The translations under genes were made by a program, and so were the position numbers. DNA of 64,000 nucleotides from Kudoa neothunni. Its lineage: Eukaryota > Animalia > Cnidaria. The stretch covers positions 1,839,927 to 1,903,926 of the forward strand of contig OZ199838.1 of NCBI GenBank assembly GCA_964304625.1, given 5' to 3'. This document shows positions 1 through 13,830 of this stretch, piece after piece. Each line of letters opens with the position of its first letter. The first letter of the stretch is position 1. The notes below the pieces were generated by a model. That model made no database searches. It was not told the origin of the DNA and saw only the letters and a list, made by a program, of their open reading frames with translations.

Positions 1-139
1 AATAATGAACTTTAACACAGAATTGCAGCACATATGTTACAAAAAAACAACGTATTATTTCAATAAAAATAAATGTAGTGTTTATTTAGAGCGCACAGAG
101 AGGTAAGGGGAAATTACGCGATGACGTATTTTCAATAAT

Positions 140-620
140 TTTTCCATAGTCTCAAGGATTTACAGAAAATCGATTATTCAATGTATATTAGTTTTCCTAT
201 AGATATTTGGACTAGTGGTCATTCATCAATATCCATCATTAATTTTACTGGCTAATGGATTACCATCGAATTCGCTCTCAAACAGACTGTCTTTGACGTA
301 AAAAAATTAAAGAATTCCATATGGGAGAAACGATTACCTCAGTAGTTTAAGAAATATCTGACACTTGGAATATTAAAAAAAATTATATTTATGTAACTGT
401 TAAAGACAATGCAAGAAATATTGCCATTGGAATAAATAATATTCATATTCTTAACCTTCCACATTTTTGCTCATTCTCTACAACTTGTGATGGTGGATGC
501 TGTTATAACCAGAAAAATATTGTTGGTGTATTAACGAACAATAAAAAATTGTTGAACACTTAAACATTCCTAGCTACCATACTTACGGCTTGAAGAAATT
601 CAAATTAAAATATACGCAAA
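140..620 (+). mobile_element. Decayed hAT (ZBED1/ZBED4-like) transposase fragment
   Basis: Translation across frameshifts and stops gives YISFPIDIWTS (cf. TTDIWTS), VKDNARNI (cf. TDNAANM) and FAHSLQLVM (cf. CFAHTLQL), hAT catalytic-domain motifs. Boundaries approximate. Confidence 0.75.
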
Positions 621-917
621 GATGTGGTTTCGGGGGAAACCCAAATATTAAAACGTAATAAACTCAACTTTCGAATCACTTCACCCTATCGAGGCTATTA
701 TTTATTAGTTTCGAATCATGATTATAATATAGATAATTAATATATATTTTTTAAATGAATAAATAATATCTTAGAAGTAAAGGTGTTTTCTCAGCACGTC
801 ATAAATATGTTACTCTAGATATTACTGATAATATTATATTATTATAAATATAAAGTGTTTGAATGAGTTGTGATAAAGATATTGTTTTCGATGAAGAGAA
901 AAAGTTGAGCCAATTAT

Positions 918-2726
918 CTAAGGAATTTTATTGTACGACTGCATCTGTTTGTTTTTCATAGAAATATAAGAACGACGTTTTACGAATCCAATGATAATGA
1001 TAAGTATAAGTACCCACATCACACCAAATCCAACACTTGCTTTTATCAGCGATGAGATGCATCGATTTTGTTTCGTCTCAATTTCAGAGTAAGTTTTCAT
1101 GTTTGTATTTGATTTGGCCATTATAGACTCAAACAGATTCTTGTTGTATTCTGAGTTTAAGTTAATCTAAACAGAGAGGGTTTATTTTGTATCCATTAAT
1201 TATGAACGACAATGACTACCTCTTTTACGCTTAATTCATTAGAAGGAGTAAACAAATATCCAATTGATTGAATAAAATATCTGAGAATACATCTATTAAA
1301 TTTTGTTGCATACTATAATTTAATTAAAAAGGCTAAAAATCAAATAATGACGGGTTTTAGGTGAAGGGGATTCGTTCCATGTAATATTGCTTCGCTGGTG
1401 TGGATAAAATCGTCAGATTTTAGATGTATCTCGGGTTTTAAGTAATAGCTGTAATAAAATACCTAAAATATTACAAGGAAAAAAAATATAAATTTTATAT
1501 ACTTTTAAAGGACTCAAATGTACATTATTTTTCTTAATGTTTGAAGAATGGGAACCAAGTGGGATACAATAATTTCTCGGTTCCCATTTATTTGGATTAT
1601 TTAAACATTCCTTTTTAACTTCAAATAAAAAATCTTTAAAATTTTAAATTAACGCTAATAATTTTCAGGCGATCAGCTTAAATGACATTTACTAACGTAA
1701 CTTGGACTTCCAGTAGTATTCGTATAAGTTTCACCAACAAGCATTGTTTTTAATAGTGCACAATCATGAGAAGAGTTGGTTAAACATGATTCCTAAATAT
1801 TTGTATTATAGGTGATAAATTATGAATAGAGGGGCTCAAAACAAACATAATTAATAGACTTACAATGTCATAAAAAGAATAAAGTCCCAACTCACGATAA
1901 ACAAAATCTATGTCACCGATTTTTTTATTGAGATTTGGGAAACTTCTATGTCGTCCAGTATCCTCCCCTAGACTGTCGAGAACGTTTCTATCAATATAAA
2001 TCATCTTTTCTGTGTCAATATATACGAATGGTTCATTTTCTTCAACCTAAATTTAATAGGTGCATCCTTTTTTTGTTATTTTTATTTACTAGTTTTAAGG
2101 AACGAGCTGTCTCAATATATAGTTTTGATTGAATTATATCATTCAGAAGAAAAATACTATAATTCCATGTAATATTTCGACTTAATCTCGCTAAATTTTT
2201 AGAATTTTTTGTCTGTATTTTGTTTATATTTCTATATAATAATATTTACTTTATCAAGGATTCATAATAGGATGTGTATTAGATTATTATAAATTACTGT
2301 ATCTCTGGAAACCTGCTATCTATCACATGGAAAAAATTCAGTCTATATTCCAATTCTGGAAAAATTAAATTCTCCACTAACGTATCGACAATTATTGATA
2401 TATCGGTTCTGTTGTAATCTTTTGAAAATAGCTTCTCAAGCAGTCCTGTGAAAAAACTTACTGATAAATTGGTTCGATTTAGTTCCTTACGATTTCTCAC
2501 AATATTAGGCTTTACCACTGTTTTGAGCTGGCCATTCGTCAAATTGAACAATGTTAAATCAACGACATGAAAACTTTGGTAAAACAAAATACCATACTAT
2601 AATCATAAAAGAGTCAATAACACATGTAAATCATGTCCAAAAATATACTTCAAGTGGGTTGGATAGATTGCAATGAATGAGAGTTATAAGAAATATTATG
2701 AAATTATATTTTTTAGCAATCATCAT
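918..2726 (-). CDS. Multi-exon orphan type I membrane protein (signal-like N-terminus, Cys-containing ectodomain, C-terminal TM and basic tail)
   Basis: Exons join through short GT-AG introns: ESCLTNSSHDCALLK..., KKECLNNPNKWEPRNYCIP..., ending in VGFGVMWVLILIIIIGFV-KRR and stop at 918. Candidate signal MMIAKKYNFIIFLITLIHC at 2726, but its splice phase into the next exon does not fit, so the 5' end is uncertain. Confidence 0.55.
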
Positions 2727-3320
2727 CTTGTACGGTTGTATAGAATTATTTTTCTAATCAACCTTTATCTGGATTAAACTAACAATATCTCCCATGTCGG
2801 TGTATTTGACGCCAATATTACATTCACCTGCCACTTGATCCATTTAACATATTTCTTTCTTACGTAAAATTCTAAATCACACCCCAATTAGTTAAATTTT
2901 TTGTAAATTACTTAAATTTCTAACATTGAGTATTTATTTTTAAATATTTGTCAAAATAATGTCGTACAAACAAAATGGATTGATAATAGTCTGAATTTAA
3001 TATATTTGAGTTATATATATTTATAGCTTAATTATTCGACTATTGAATAGTTATTATCTTTTCTTTTTAGTTTAAAATTTTTAACCAATATAAGTAGCTT
3101 GACGATATATGTCGATACTTTTGTCTGCATTATTTTGTTGATGAACGATTAATTCCATTCATTAAAATATTTATTACTATCTAATTTATTACTCTTCTTA
3201 AATATGAAAATAATATTATATAATACAATTAATTTTACAGAACTTTTATTTTTTCAAATTCTTTAAAACAATCAATAAAACATCTACATTAAATAATTTT
3301 CTACTATCTGTTTGGTATTA

Positions 3321-3357
3321 GTGCGAGTAGGTATTCCTCGAAAATACCTACTTGCAC
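3321..3357. repeat. 15-bp inverted repeat (hairpin), 7-nt loop
   Basis: gtgcgagtaggtatt-cctcgaa-aatacctacttgcac; one G-T pair, otherwise perfect. Confidence 0.8.
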
Positions 3358-4920
3358 GTCGTACCCAAAGTTTTAGTAAAAAAACATTCCTATAAGTAAA
3401 AATACGGATTTAATCCAAAAAAATATACTCATTCAAAATATATAATGTATTTTATTTTTACCTCATATCAAAAATTATTGAAATATTAAAATTTTTAAGC
3501 ATCATTTTTTCATATAGAGAACGTAATATTTCTTTGTTATTGATTCCTTCTAGAGAGAATATCGATTTTATAAATTAGGAGCCTTTATATATAAATTACA
3601 TAGGAAGTGGCTATTGACACGTAAATAATTAAATATAGCAGATTCTAAAAAATTAAATCTATAACCAGCTCGTAAGTTGGAGTTGCTGAGATTAAAAAGT
3701 CTCATTACGCATGCGGACATGCCGTTTAGGATTAAATTTTACCATGCCAATAGCCTCTGCCTTGTTTAGACTCAGACAATATTGATAAATAAAAATATGT
3801 TTCATTCTAAGAGGGTCACATTTTGATCTAGACAAGTTATCGATCGTGTACGCAGGTTGCATTTTGGTTTGAAATACTGTCAATTATCTTCTCTGTCATT
3901 TTTTGCATGTCGACTAGGAACTTTTTAAAATCACGTTACAATCAATTAAAAAATATTTTAGTTTATAAATATTTTTGACCAACGTATTTTCATTTAAAAA
4001 AATTTTGTAATCATTTTATCATGAGAATTTTAACATTGAATTTTTATAATGACAATTTAGTCAACTCTTAATTTTTATTAGACTTGAAAGTTTGAATAAA
4101 AAATAAACAAAAATGGTATTTTATGATATTTTGTTTTCAAAATTTTTTTCAATCAATAAAAATGTTACATTAAAAAACGTATTTAAATGAATACTGTATA
4201 ATTGTTGCCGCGTGTGTATCTTGTATTTAGGGTACACAAGGTTTATAGATTTTTATTTTTAATTTGTTTTAATATTTTCAAAACTAATTATTATGCTTGA
4301 AGTTTATTATTTTATAGTGCGAAAACTAAATGCGATATTCAATAATGTAATTTAAAGGATTAATTTTTGGAATGTTTTTGATAGATTTTTCTATGTAGAA
4401 TATTCATCACATAGAATAAATCTCAGAAATTCGTATTACTATTATATATATGGGGTAGATGTATCTCGTGTTCGCAAATCCCCCGCAAATTTTAATTAAT
4501 CCCCTCAATATTGATTTCGAGTATCACGACTGTTCGAAACTTTCCCTTTTAAACCCCTAAAATGACCTAACTTAAGAAGCCGATAGAGTCCTGATGTTTG
4601 AGAGAATTTCACCACCGATAAGATATCAGCGGATAGTTGTAGGATTAATGTATAAAGTTTAAGCTCAAAATAAATCCATTAGGCGGGATTTCCGCAGTTT
4701 ATTCATAGTTTATCCGAACATGAAGAATAAAAGTATTTAGAACTTACACTTAGACATAGGAAAAGTAAATCATAAAAATATGGACTTTTCACAATTCGAT
4801 AGTGGTTACATATTCTCGATAGAGGCCCCAATGTATGCGCATTTCTTAAAGCCGTTTATTGATCGTGCGGGGGTTTCGTTGGTGTTTCTATAATTGGGTC
4901 TTTTAAAGATGTTAATACAG

Positions 4921-7900
4921 ATGGAATGGATAGGCAAATCTATAGGTCGAAATCAAGCTATAACGTTCTACAAGTAGGTCCCTTACGTGTAAAATGTTAG
5001 TCAAATTTGAATTTAGATCGTGTTCAATAAAGAAATCCAACAAAACGCCTATTGTAGTGTCGGTTGGAGACTACGTTTTGATCCAAGCGGCCAAGAATGT
5101 TCGGGCGTATGGTTTAGTCGTCAATCTACTGGAAGATGATGATATCAAACAGATGTCATGCACAAAAAACACTCATTTTCGAGCAGATGTTCTATATTTA
5201 TACAACGGATCTATGCTTATGAAATGTGTATTAAATGAATTACGCAAATTGGTTCGATGTAAGTTGTCTCAATGAAAATATAATTTCGTAAGTTAAATTG
5301 TGATCTTCATTTTGATTAGCTCGCACATTCAATCCTAATGAACTTTTTGTGCCACATAACGTCGAGTTGGATATAGTTCCTAACAGTATGGCTACTATTC
5401 AGCTGGCTTCAATCATAGACACTATCAATTTGCAATTGGTTGATCCCTCCAAAAAGTCAGCGAGACCATCGTACGATGTGGTTTTTTCGAGATATGGATT
5501 CTCCAATCGATCAATTGTGAAATGTAGCGATGCAATTGAAAATAGTGTTAGTCTGATTAGAACTATATCTGGAATATCACCGCCACAAAAAGATGAAGGT
5601 AACTAAGATCCAGCTTTGTTTGAAAATTAATAATGATTGTTTGTTGTATCATTTTATTATTAAGAAATGCCCGATGTAAGACAGGGCACTCGCACACGCC
5701 CTTCTAGAAATGTAACCAACGTTGTTGGCCAAGTCTACAACGTAGGTTACGCGTGCAGAAATGAGAAAGCAATTCAGCCTGTTTTCTACAAGGATGAGTA
5801 GCTATGATTAGCGATAGTAGATGTATGTAAATTGTTGTAGTGTTACGGATCAATCCGAGGAAAGAGAGCCCCCACCTGTTCCTAGGAAAAGGGGCCGACC
5901 TGTTGGTTCTTTGAACAAGGTGAAAACCCCCAAAGAGTCGTCTACCAGTAACATCTTATTATAGCTGTTGTTGCTTATGAGATTTTAAATGTTCCCGTGT
6001 ATGTATAGACGATGTAAGTTTACCAACAGAATGCTCGGTGTTATTGGATGATGTTATTCCAAACGATATGAAAAAGTAGGTAGAGAATGAATTTATTTGG
6101 AAGATCGGCTGGGATCAGTCACGTATACGTTTCTAATCGAATTTTTATAGTGAAATTCATAAGACTAAATTCGATAAAGTTTCCTGTCGTGATAAAGAAT
6201 ATCGTGCTATATGGAATTTTCTTTCTAATCACCTAAACAACGCTACATCGGGTTGTATGTATGTGAGTGGTGTACCCGGTAGTGGAAAAACTCATACCAC
6301 TCTGAAGGCCATTGAGAATCTCATGAAAAAACAAAAATTCAAGTTCATTCATATCAATGGAATGAAAGTGTCGACTTCAAATCAAATCTACACCATTCTG
6401 TGTAAAGTAGATTATTTTATTTTTTTAATTGTTGCTTATGTAACTGTTCAAAGAATATACTAAACGAAAAAAAATCGGTGTCCCAATCGCTGATCTCCTT
6501 GTGTAATTATTTTGACCGCCCCTCATCGAAAAAACAACATAAAAAGAAACGATTAACAAAACTGTCCACCATTTTACTTATAGATGAGGTATTGTTTCTT
6601 TTTAAATTAGAAAAAAAATCATTACCATCTTATCAATCGATCACTTTATAGTTGGATTGTATATGTAATAAGAATCAATCAGTTTTGTATCATCTTTTCG
6701 AGTGGACCAGTTATAATTCGTCGAAATTGATTACTCTTACCATAGCAAATACTATGGATCTTCCTGAACGCTATCTTTCGAACAAGATTGCCAGCAGACT
6801 GGTAGTTAAATTGTTGTTGTTTATTTGATTCGAATCCATGATTCCTATTTTTGTTTCATAGGGACTTGTAAGACTTACCTTCCAACCATATAGCTACGAT
6901 CAATTGGTTCATATCATTCAGGATATTTATGTGGATTCGAAGTTTTTTGAAAAGGACGCTCTTCAACTTATCTCCAGGAAGGTACGTATTTCATGTAATA
7001 GAAATTATGGAGTGTTTGGCCATTCTGGATTTCTTTCTTATACTTTTAAATAGATATGTCCATAATCTCATTTAAAATTTTTTTAATATGTATTAGTTAA
7101 AATTTCAATAAATACAATTATTTAAATTATCATTAATTTGATTTATTTTTCTTTAATAATTATTTTAACATTCATTGGCGAATTTGCGTTTATAATTTTA
7201 ATGGTGGTAATATTCACGGGAAAATTGTGTTACAAATTTATGATTGATATCTACTAAAATTATTTAATTAATTTATAAATATTTTAGTTTTTTTCTTTTT
7301 ATGAAGACTAAAAATAGAATATAATAGCTTAAACTGCAGTGGTGATAAAAATTTTTAACTGATATAGTTTCTAATTGTATATAAATATATTTCGTTATGA
7401 TTAATCTTTTTCTTTTACGTTTTTAAAAGAAAATTTTAGAAAGAATCCACCGAATTGTTTCTTATCTATCAAAATCATATGTAAACAAAAAATAAATGAT
7501 TTATTGATTTATCAAGCTCTTAGAGAAAAATTTAATTATATAAGCACTTATAGCATTAATTGGAATTTAATCGTGATTTTAACTATGTGAGAAATTTAAG
7601 AAGAAACTCTAATTAATACATTTACATTTATGTAGACCATAAATATTTGGTCTTAATGATTTTTAATTCGCAATTATTCAATTCTCTTTGTTGTAATTTT
7701 TATATATTTTTCCTCAAAATTGGTAAATAATGTTGTTATTCTATATCTAATAATAAGTGTTAAATTTTGATATTTAGAAAATTATTACTTATAATCTTTT
7801 GAGAATAATAATTATTATACAAATTCCTCAAATTTTTAACTGATGAAATTGTGAACACGTATCCTTGTTGATAACCCCTAATGGTACTTAAGTTGAGCAA

Positions 7901-8752
7901 CTGCTGCTAATTTATTTGTTGTAGAATGCTTAGATTTATAAATAATTAATTGAAGTGCAAATCTAGTGCACTTTCTAATGTGTTAAATTAGGATAAATCA
8001 AGTAAACCAGAAAGCTGACACGACAATTTTTAAACAAATAAGCATTTCAAATTCTCGAATGTAGGTTGCAGCCGTTTCTGGGGATGTTAGAAGATGCCTG
8101 GATGTGTGCCAAAAGAGTATAGAAATTGCGAAATTATCATTGGAAAGTCAACAATCTGATGTCAAGAGATCCACCACCAGAAACACACGATATGCTACTT
8201 CTATGCATGTTTCCATGAGGGATGTGATAACTGCCGTCAATATTATGTTTTCATCTAGCAAAACCAACACCGTTAAGTGACTACGAGTTTTTTCTTTATT
8301 GGCTAAATTCTTGATAAGATTGTTGAGTGAATATGAAAAGATTTTGCTAAAGTGTATTGTCAATTGGACTAAATCAGGCAGCTCAAAACTCGCCTCTTCC
8401 GCCTCCTCATATGGGGCTGCTAACGGCGAAACTTCCAAGTCTATCACATTGTTTCAAGTATTTTCAATCTTACACAAGCAGTCATGGATTCACATGTTTT
8501 AGCTAAAATGCCTCATCAATAGTTATATTCATAGCGAGAATTGTGAGTTGTTTACCGTTTGTTTTGGTGGTGAAGTTGTATTTTCTAGTGTCACATGCGT
8601 CAGTCACATCCCAACAAATAGTAGCTATGGCTTTCGGCCTTATCAACAATAGAATATTGAAAATGGAATCTTCAGGAAACAATGCGATACACACTGAGGT
8701 TTCACTGGATATTCTTCCAGAGTCGGTCGCTGTAGCGTTGGAAAATGTTTAG
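4921..8752 (+). CDS. ORC1: Origin recognition complex subunit 1 (BAH + AAA+ + winged helix), multi-exon
   Basis: BAH-type start EWIGKSIG...VSVGDYVLIQ; CRDKEY...GCMYVSGVPGSGKT (Walker A); ILLIDE (Walker B); IANTMDLPER, KIASRLGLVRLTFQPY, VAAVSGDVRRCLDVC. One long intron 6982-8064, the rest short. Confidence 0.95.
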
Positions 8753-9057
8753 TTATTCTAATTTTGCGGGGAAATGTGTTTTCGAGCAAACGAAGACAGT
8801 TATGAACTTTTTGTTTGTATTTTCTAAGAGAGTTCTATTTGTGTTTCGTTATAATAAAAAAATCTTTAATTGTGAATGAAAATTCATTAAAATGTTGAAA
8901 TCACATATAATAACTCTTTTGTAAAACAATCTTGGGCGTGATAACGTGCCTAATGTCGAAAATTTAATAATGAAACCTTTAAAATGGCGGTATTAGAATT
9001 TTGAGCTAGGGCTTGTATTTATATAGCTTTTCTTAGATTTTCTGGGTGTTTTAGTCA

Positions 9058-11112
9058 TTAACATTTGTACTTACTCTGGGTCCATCGGACCCAGAGCATA
9101 GTTGTTGCTTATATTATGGCTCTCTCGGTGGAGTCAGAAAGTCAAAATTTAGTCTAGTTTCCTAAATATTTATGTAATATTTTTATTCTTATTTATATGG
9201 TCTAATAAGGTCTCTGTGGTTTTTTATTTAACCGACAAAAAATTACACCCTCTTATGTACAACCGGGGTCCAATGGACACAGTAGAATAATTTGGCAATT
9301 AACGCCTTTAAACAAATAAAAAACAATACAAACAAAGAAATATATTTAATAAGAAACTCTAAAAATCCAGATTTGACATTAACAAAATAAAATATTTCTA
9401 AATAATTGCACCTTTATTTGTTTTTTTGAGCCACGTTTAAAAATTATAAGTTGTTGCATACTTTGCCATAACTTATAAGATTTTTAATTATAATATAATT
9501 TATTATAAACAAAAGTATAGTTTTACACGTTGAAATATCTAGGAATATTTATTATTAACGATAGTAACATATTAATCTTTTGTCGCCCATGTAGAGCTGC
9601 TAATCTGTGTGGAACATTAACCTTTGATAATGCAATAAAAATGATTATAGAAAACTCAGAAGATTCTAACATGGATGTGAGTCTTTCTTCTGATGAAGAA
9701 ATAGATAACATTATTGAAGAACCAGTTTCAAGTGATTTGGAGAATATTTCTGATATTGAACAATCTCAAGAGACAAATTAATTAAATGGGAGTCAGAAGT
9801 ACCAACTAAGGTGGTTAGAACACGTAACCACAATATTGTACCAAATTATAAAGCTAGAATCCCAAATAAAATTAGGGAAAAATATTTTCTCCATTGACTT
9901 CATTCAAAAGTTTTATTGGAGATGACATTTTTTCAAAAATAATAATTTCTATAAACAATTTTATGGGAAAGAGAAACAATAAAATAAAAATTAACGATTA
10001 TGATGTTTGAAAATGGATAGATGCTACTTTATACCTTGAAATAATGAAAAACGAAAACTCTTCATTACAAGAGTTATGGAGTAAAGAAAAAGGTTTACCG
10101 TTTTTATCGAAAAATAATCAATCCTCATTAAAACTTAAATATGATATTATCTCTGAAAATATTCGTTTCGATGATCGCGTAGAGCGTGGCCATCAGAGGA
10201 AAGACTCACCCATTAATTTTGTATGGGACTCATTTATCAATAATTGTTGAAATTATTACATACCATCTGGGCAATTAACAGTGGATGAACAGCTATGTAT
10301 AACAAGGGGTCGTGTGAATTTCAAAACTTCTATACTGAGTAAACCAGGAAAATATGGCATCAAGATTTGGGTCATGGCAGATGCCAAAAATGCTTACTTG
10401 TGTAATGCCAAAATTTATACATAATAGTACATTACTGTAACCAAATTAGGACTGGAGTAGATGTTCTTGATCAACTTATTCGATTCTACACTGTGAGGAG
10501 AAGAACTCTGAGATGGCCACTTACAATATTCTATAATATTATTGACATTGCTGGTTATAACTCAATGGTTGTATATTTGGAAAAATATAATGAATTTAAA
10601 TTAAAATATAAAAACCGTACAAGGCGTCAATATTTACAAAACTTAGTTGATGAAATTGTTGAAACATACGGTAACAAAAATAGTGACCTTTTGCTTATCG
10701 AACCATCGAGTTGGTATAAAAAGGGTGAAAAAAGATGCTGGTTGTGACCCATTATAACAGACAAAAACTAGGACGATCTGATCTAAATGTGGAAAAACGT
10801 TTGTGAACTACGTTCAGTTTTATGTAAGAATATTCATTGATTTTTTATGTTTATTATAAAATTAAAAATCCATACTAGTATATTTGTGTTGCCATCCACG
10901 TCAGTAATGGCTTTGTGTTATATCTTGGTGTTTTTACAGCGTAGCGATAAATTATCAATATGATATTAAAAATATACCAAAAAAATTTTCTTCTACATTT
11001 ATGTGGTATTTATAATCAATTGGACAACGTTAAGTCCAATTTTACCGACTGGGTCCATTGAACCCACTTTGTACAGTAATGTGATTTTTTGGGGCGTATA
11101 TACGAGTGTTAA
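9058..11112 (+). mobile_element. piggyBac (PGBD4-like) element, internally deleted and decayed
   Basis: TTAA at 9058-9061 and 11109-11112 with imperfect TIRs and repeated gggtcca(t/a)...ccca subterminal motifs. Transposase motifs IRFDD, LTVDEQL, SKPGKYGIKIW, GVDVLDQL, RRRTLRWPL. Stops and frameshifts present; the segment with the second catalytic Asp is missing near 10421. Confidence 0.9.
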
Positions 11113-12599
11113 ATTACATAAAGCCGGTTGAAAAAATTTAATTAACTCGCCTTTCACCGAAATTTAATTAAAAAATAACCATAACCAAGGAGTTGTACCT
11201 GATTATTTAATGTTTATGGAATGATGAGGGCGCAGTCATTATTTAACTTTGAATCAATGGTTCCCAACTGAAATTCGGTAAGGTAGCGCCAAGGGTTAGA
11301 CGGGTTGATTGACGCGGAAACTCTTTATTGTTCTTTCTGCTCAACGTGTTCGAAAGATCCAATCATATCATAAAAATGTTATCAATTTTTATTTAACTAC
11401 AATAATTAAAACTGCGATGAAGAAAGATTCGCAAAAATGAGTTTTCTGCCTACAGTTTATAATAATTAATATTAAACATTCAAAAACTTATCATTACGTA
11501 TTGCGCTTTTTCTATGATGAATACTTAGCTTCTCTGTGAAATAAGTTCGATGTATTGTCCCCTTTGTAGTTTAATTGCATCAAGTTTACCCCTGTATAAT
11601 GGACCCCAAACGATATTGCGATGTATTTTCCCGCTATTTATTGTTGATTCCTAGTATTCATGATTTTTTAAGTCTTCTATCAAATATAGATTGGTCCAAA
11701 AATGTTATCAAAATAATATTTATATCTCTTAGTAAAATTTTAAAATAAATAGCACTTTCCGAGTAAAATGGAGCCAAGATTTTTATTAAATATTTTTAAA
11801 CAAAAAAGCTAAATAATTTCACTTTTCTACATCAAAATTAATTGATACAGTTATTTCATACCAAAAATCAATGAATAGAAAATACTAACGCAGGCGCACA
11901 TGCACAAATTTTTATTGTGAAGCCCTGGATTTTTGTTAAATAGTAACGATAATATTGACATTAATAACTATAACATTCCACATTTATTATATTAAAAGGA
12001 AACTATGGGCGAGAAATATGAAGAAATTTCTGTGTTAATCACAGATGGTGACTCTCTTCTCGATAAGAATATAAAAATGGATTTTTGTGGGGTTGAAAAA
12101 ACCACTGAAAACGAAGACAACTATTAAAAACATAGTTTTCATAAGGATATGATTCTTTTTACCTTTGAAGAATTCAAAATAAATCCGATTGCTTCCATCA
12201 TTTTTTCCATTTGATGTAATTCAAAAAAAGTATTGAGTATTCCAACAAATATGGGAAGAATCAAAATAAAGATAAACGATGAAATATCAAAACTGATGAA
12301 ATGTGTAAGTTTATTGTTTTTATTTTGTGCACGAGAATTCAAAAAGATCGTCAAGAACCTATAGTTGAATTTTTTTGTTCTGATGAAGGTGGACAAAGAT
12401 CTATTCTCTCTAAACAGGTTCAGTTAATTAGTAAATTAACAAGGGCGAATCACCATGATGATGTCGATAAGAGCGAAGAAAGTGAGTACACGGCAAATGA
12501 TTTATATATATATATATATATTATTAATACATTACATGGACGATTTATAATTTTTCGACTATCATCCGTCATTACGGCTGCTACATAAAGCAATTATTT

Positions 12600-13830
12600 T
12601 TGTATCCAAAATTGAATTTCCAATATACCGGACCGGATTTGTTGCAATCTAAATCAGATCAAAATCATGCGATATTCAAGATGTCAAGAAAACTGCACCA
12701 TCCTGAAGATAAGAGAGCTCTTGCTTGCTATCATGTTGTTAATAAAGGAAAGAGTCAGAAAGAAGTTTCCTAAGTCATCACTAAGTGACTTAGTTAAAAG
12801 ATAGAGAGTTACTTATTCATCCAAAAATTATTAGAGGAGGCATGAAAAATGTCATTTTAACCTGGGAACTTAACGATAACCTAATAAAATTACATGAAGG
12901 AAAATGGACTTTAACAATACAGGGTGTAATTGAAAAATTAGGTATCACAGTTCATCTGTCTATTTTTTGTAGGGAGCTGACAAAATTAAATTATACTTAA
13001 GTTGTGAAGCCAATCCCTGTTAGTAGTAATATCCCCTCCGTAAAAAAGGAGAAGAAACTTTACGCAGAGTGTTATATTGGAATGTCTATCGACGTAATAT
13101 ACAGAAATATAATTTTTGTGAAGAACACATTTTCTCTTTGCGTGATAAGAAATCGTGGTCGGGCTTTGTCAAGGGAACTCCAAATGTCGTAGAATCAAAC
13201 AATAAAGGATCAAGTGTAACAACCATTCTTGCAGTGGAATCAATTAATGTTATTGGATGTGAAGCTGAACTTGGCAACGTTAGTGGGAACGTGTTTAAAA
13301 ACATTTTGGTAATTCTTTCAGATATCCTTGGAGATGCCAAAAACTACATTATTGTCATGTGTAATGTTCGTTTTCACTAATTTATTCGGGATTTTTATGA
13401 CGTCTTTCCTTATGAAATTCATATCCTGCTAAAATATTCCCACTTTCTCAACCTCTACGAAGAGGTTAAAACTCAAATAAACGCAAAAGACCGAAGAAAT
13501 TCTCCAATTCAATATAGGGAAGATCTTTTGAATAGAATAAAAACATTTCAACTGTGGTGAATGAACATAAACCAAAAGAATATTTTCAGCAATCAGAGAC
13601 ATTCTTTGACCAATGTTTCCCCCCTATGGATATCAACTGTGATTATTTTGAAATAATATGGGTACTTACATATATATACAAATCCCTCATTATTTGACTG
13701 AAGTTTTTAAATAAATACAAAAAATATCCAATAAGTGCAAACTAAGATATTCCGGGTTTGAATGCAACGAATCCGGATTTATGTGAAAAATTGGTTTCCA
13801 ACTGATTTTGTCGAATCAGGTTCGAAACTA
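12600..13830 (+). mobile_element. IS630/Tc1-mariner-superfamily transposon relic
   Basis: HTH-like MSRKLHHPEDKRALACYHVVNKGKSQKEVS; DDE-region remnants RNIIFV, YIIVMCNVRFH (cf. IVMDNVRFH), LLKYSP. Inverted 20-mers 12633-12652 and 13757-13776 match 17/20. Outer ends approximate. Confidence 0.8.

Noticed and set aside
4910-4923. CAG directly before the ORC1 ATG as a trans-splice acceptor
   Set aside because: An upstream GTATGC donor at about 4833 explains it as a 5' UTR intron; no evidence for a spliced leader.
12005-12490. Reading frame with scattered stops (MGEKYEEIS...)
   Set aside because: No recognisable family or consistent splice model.
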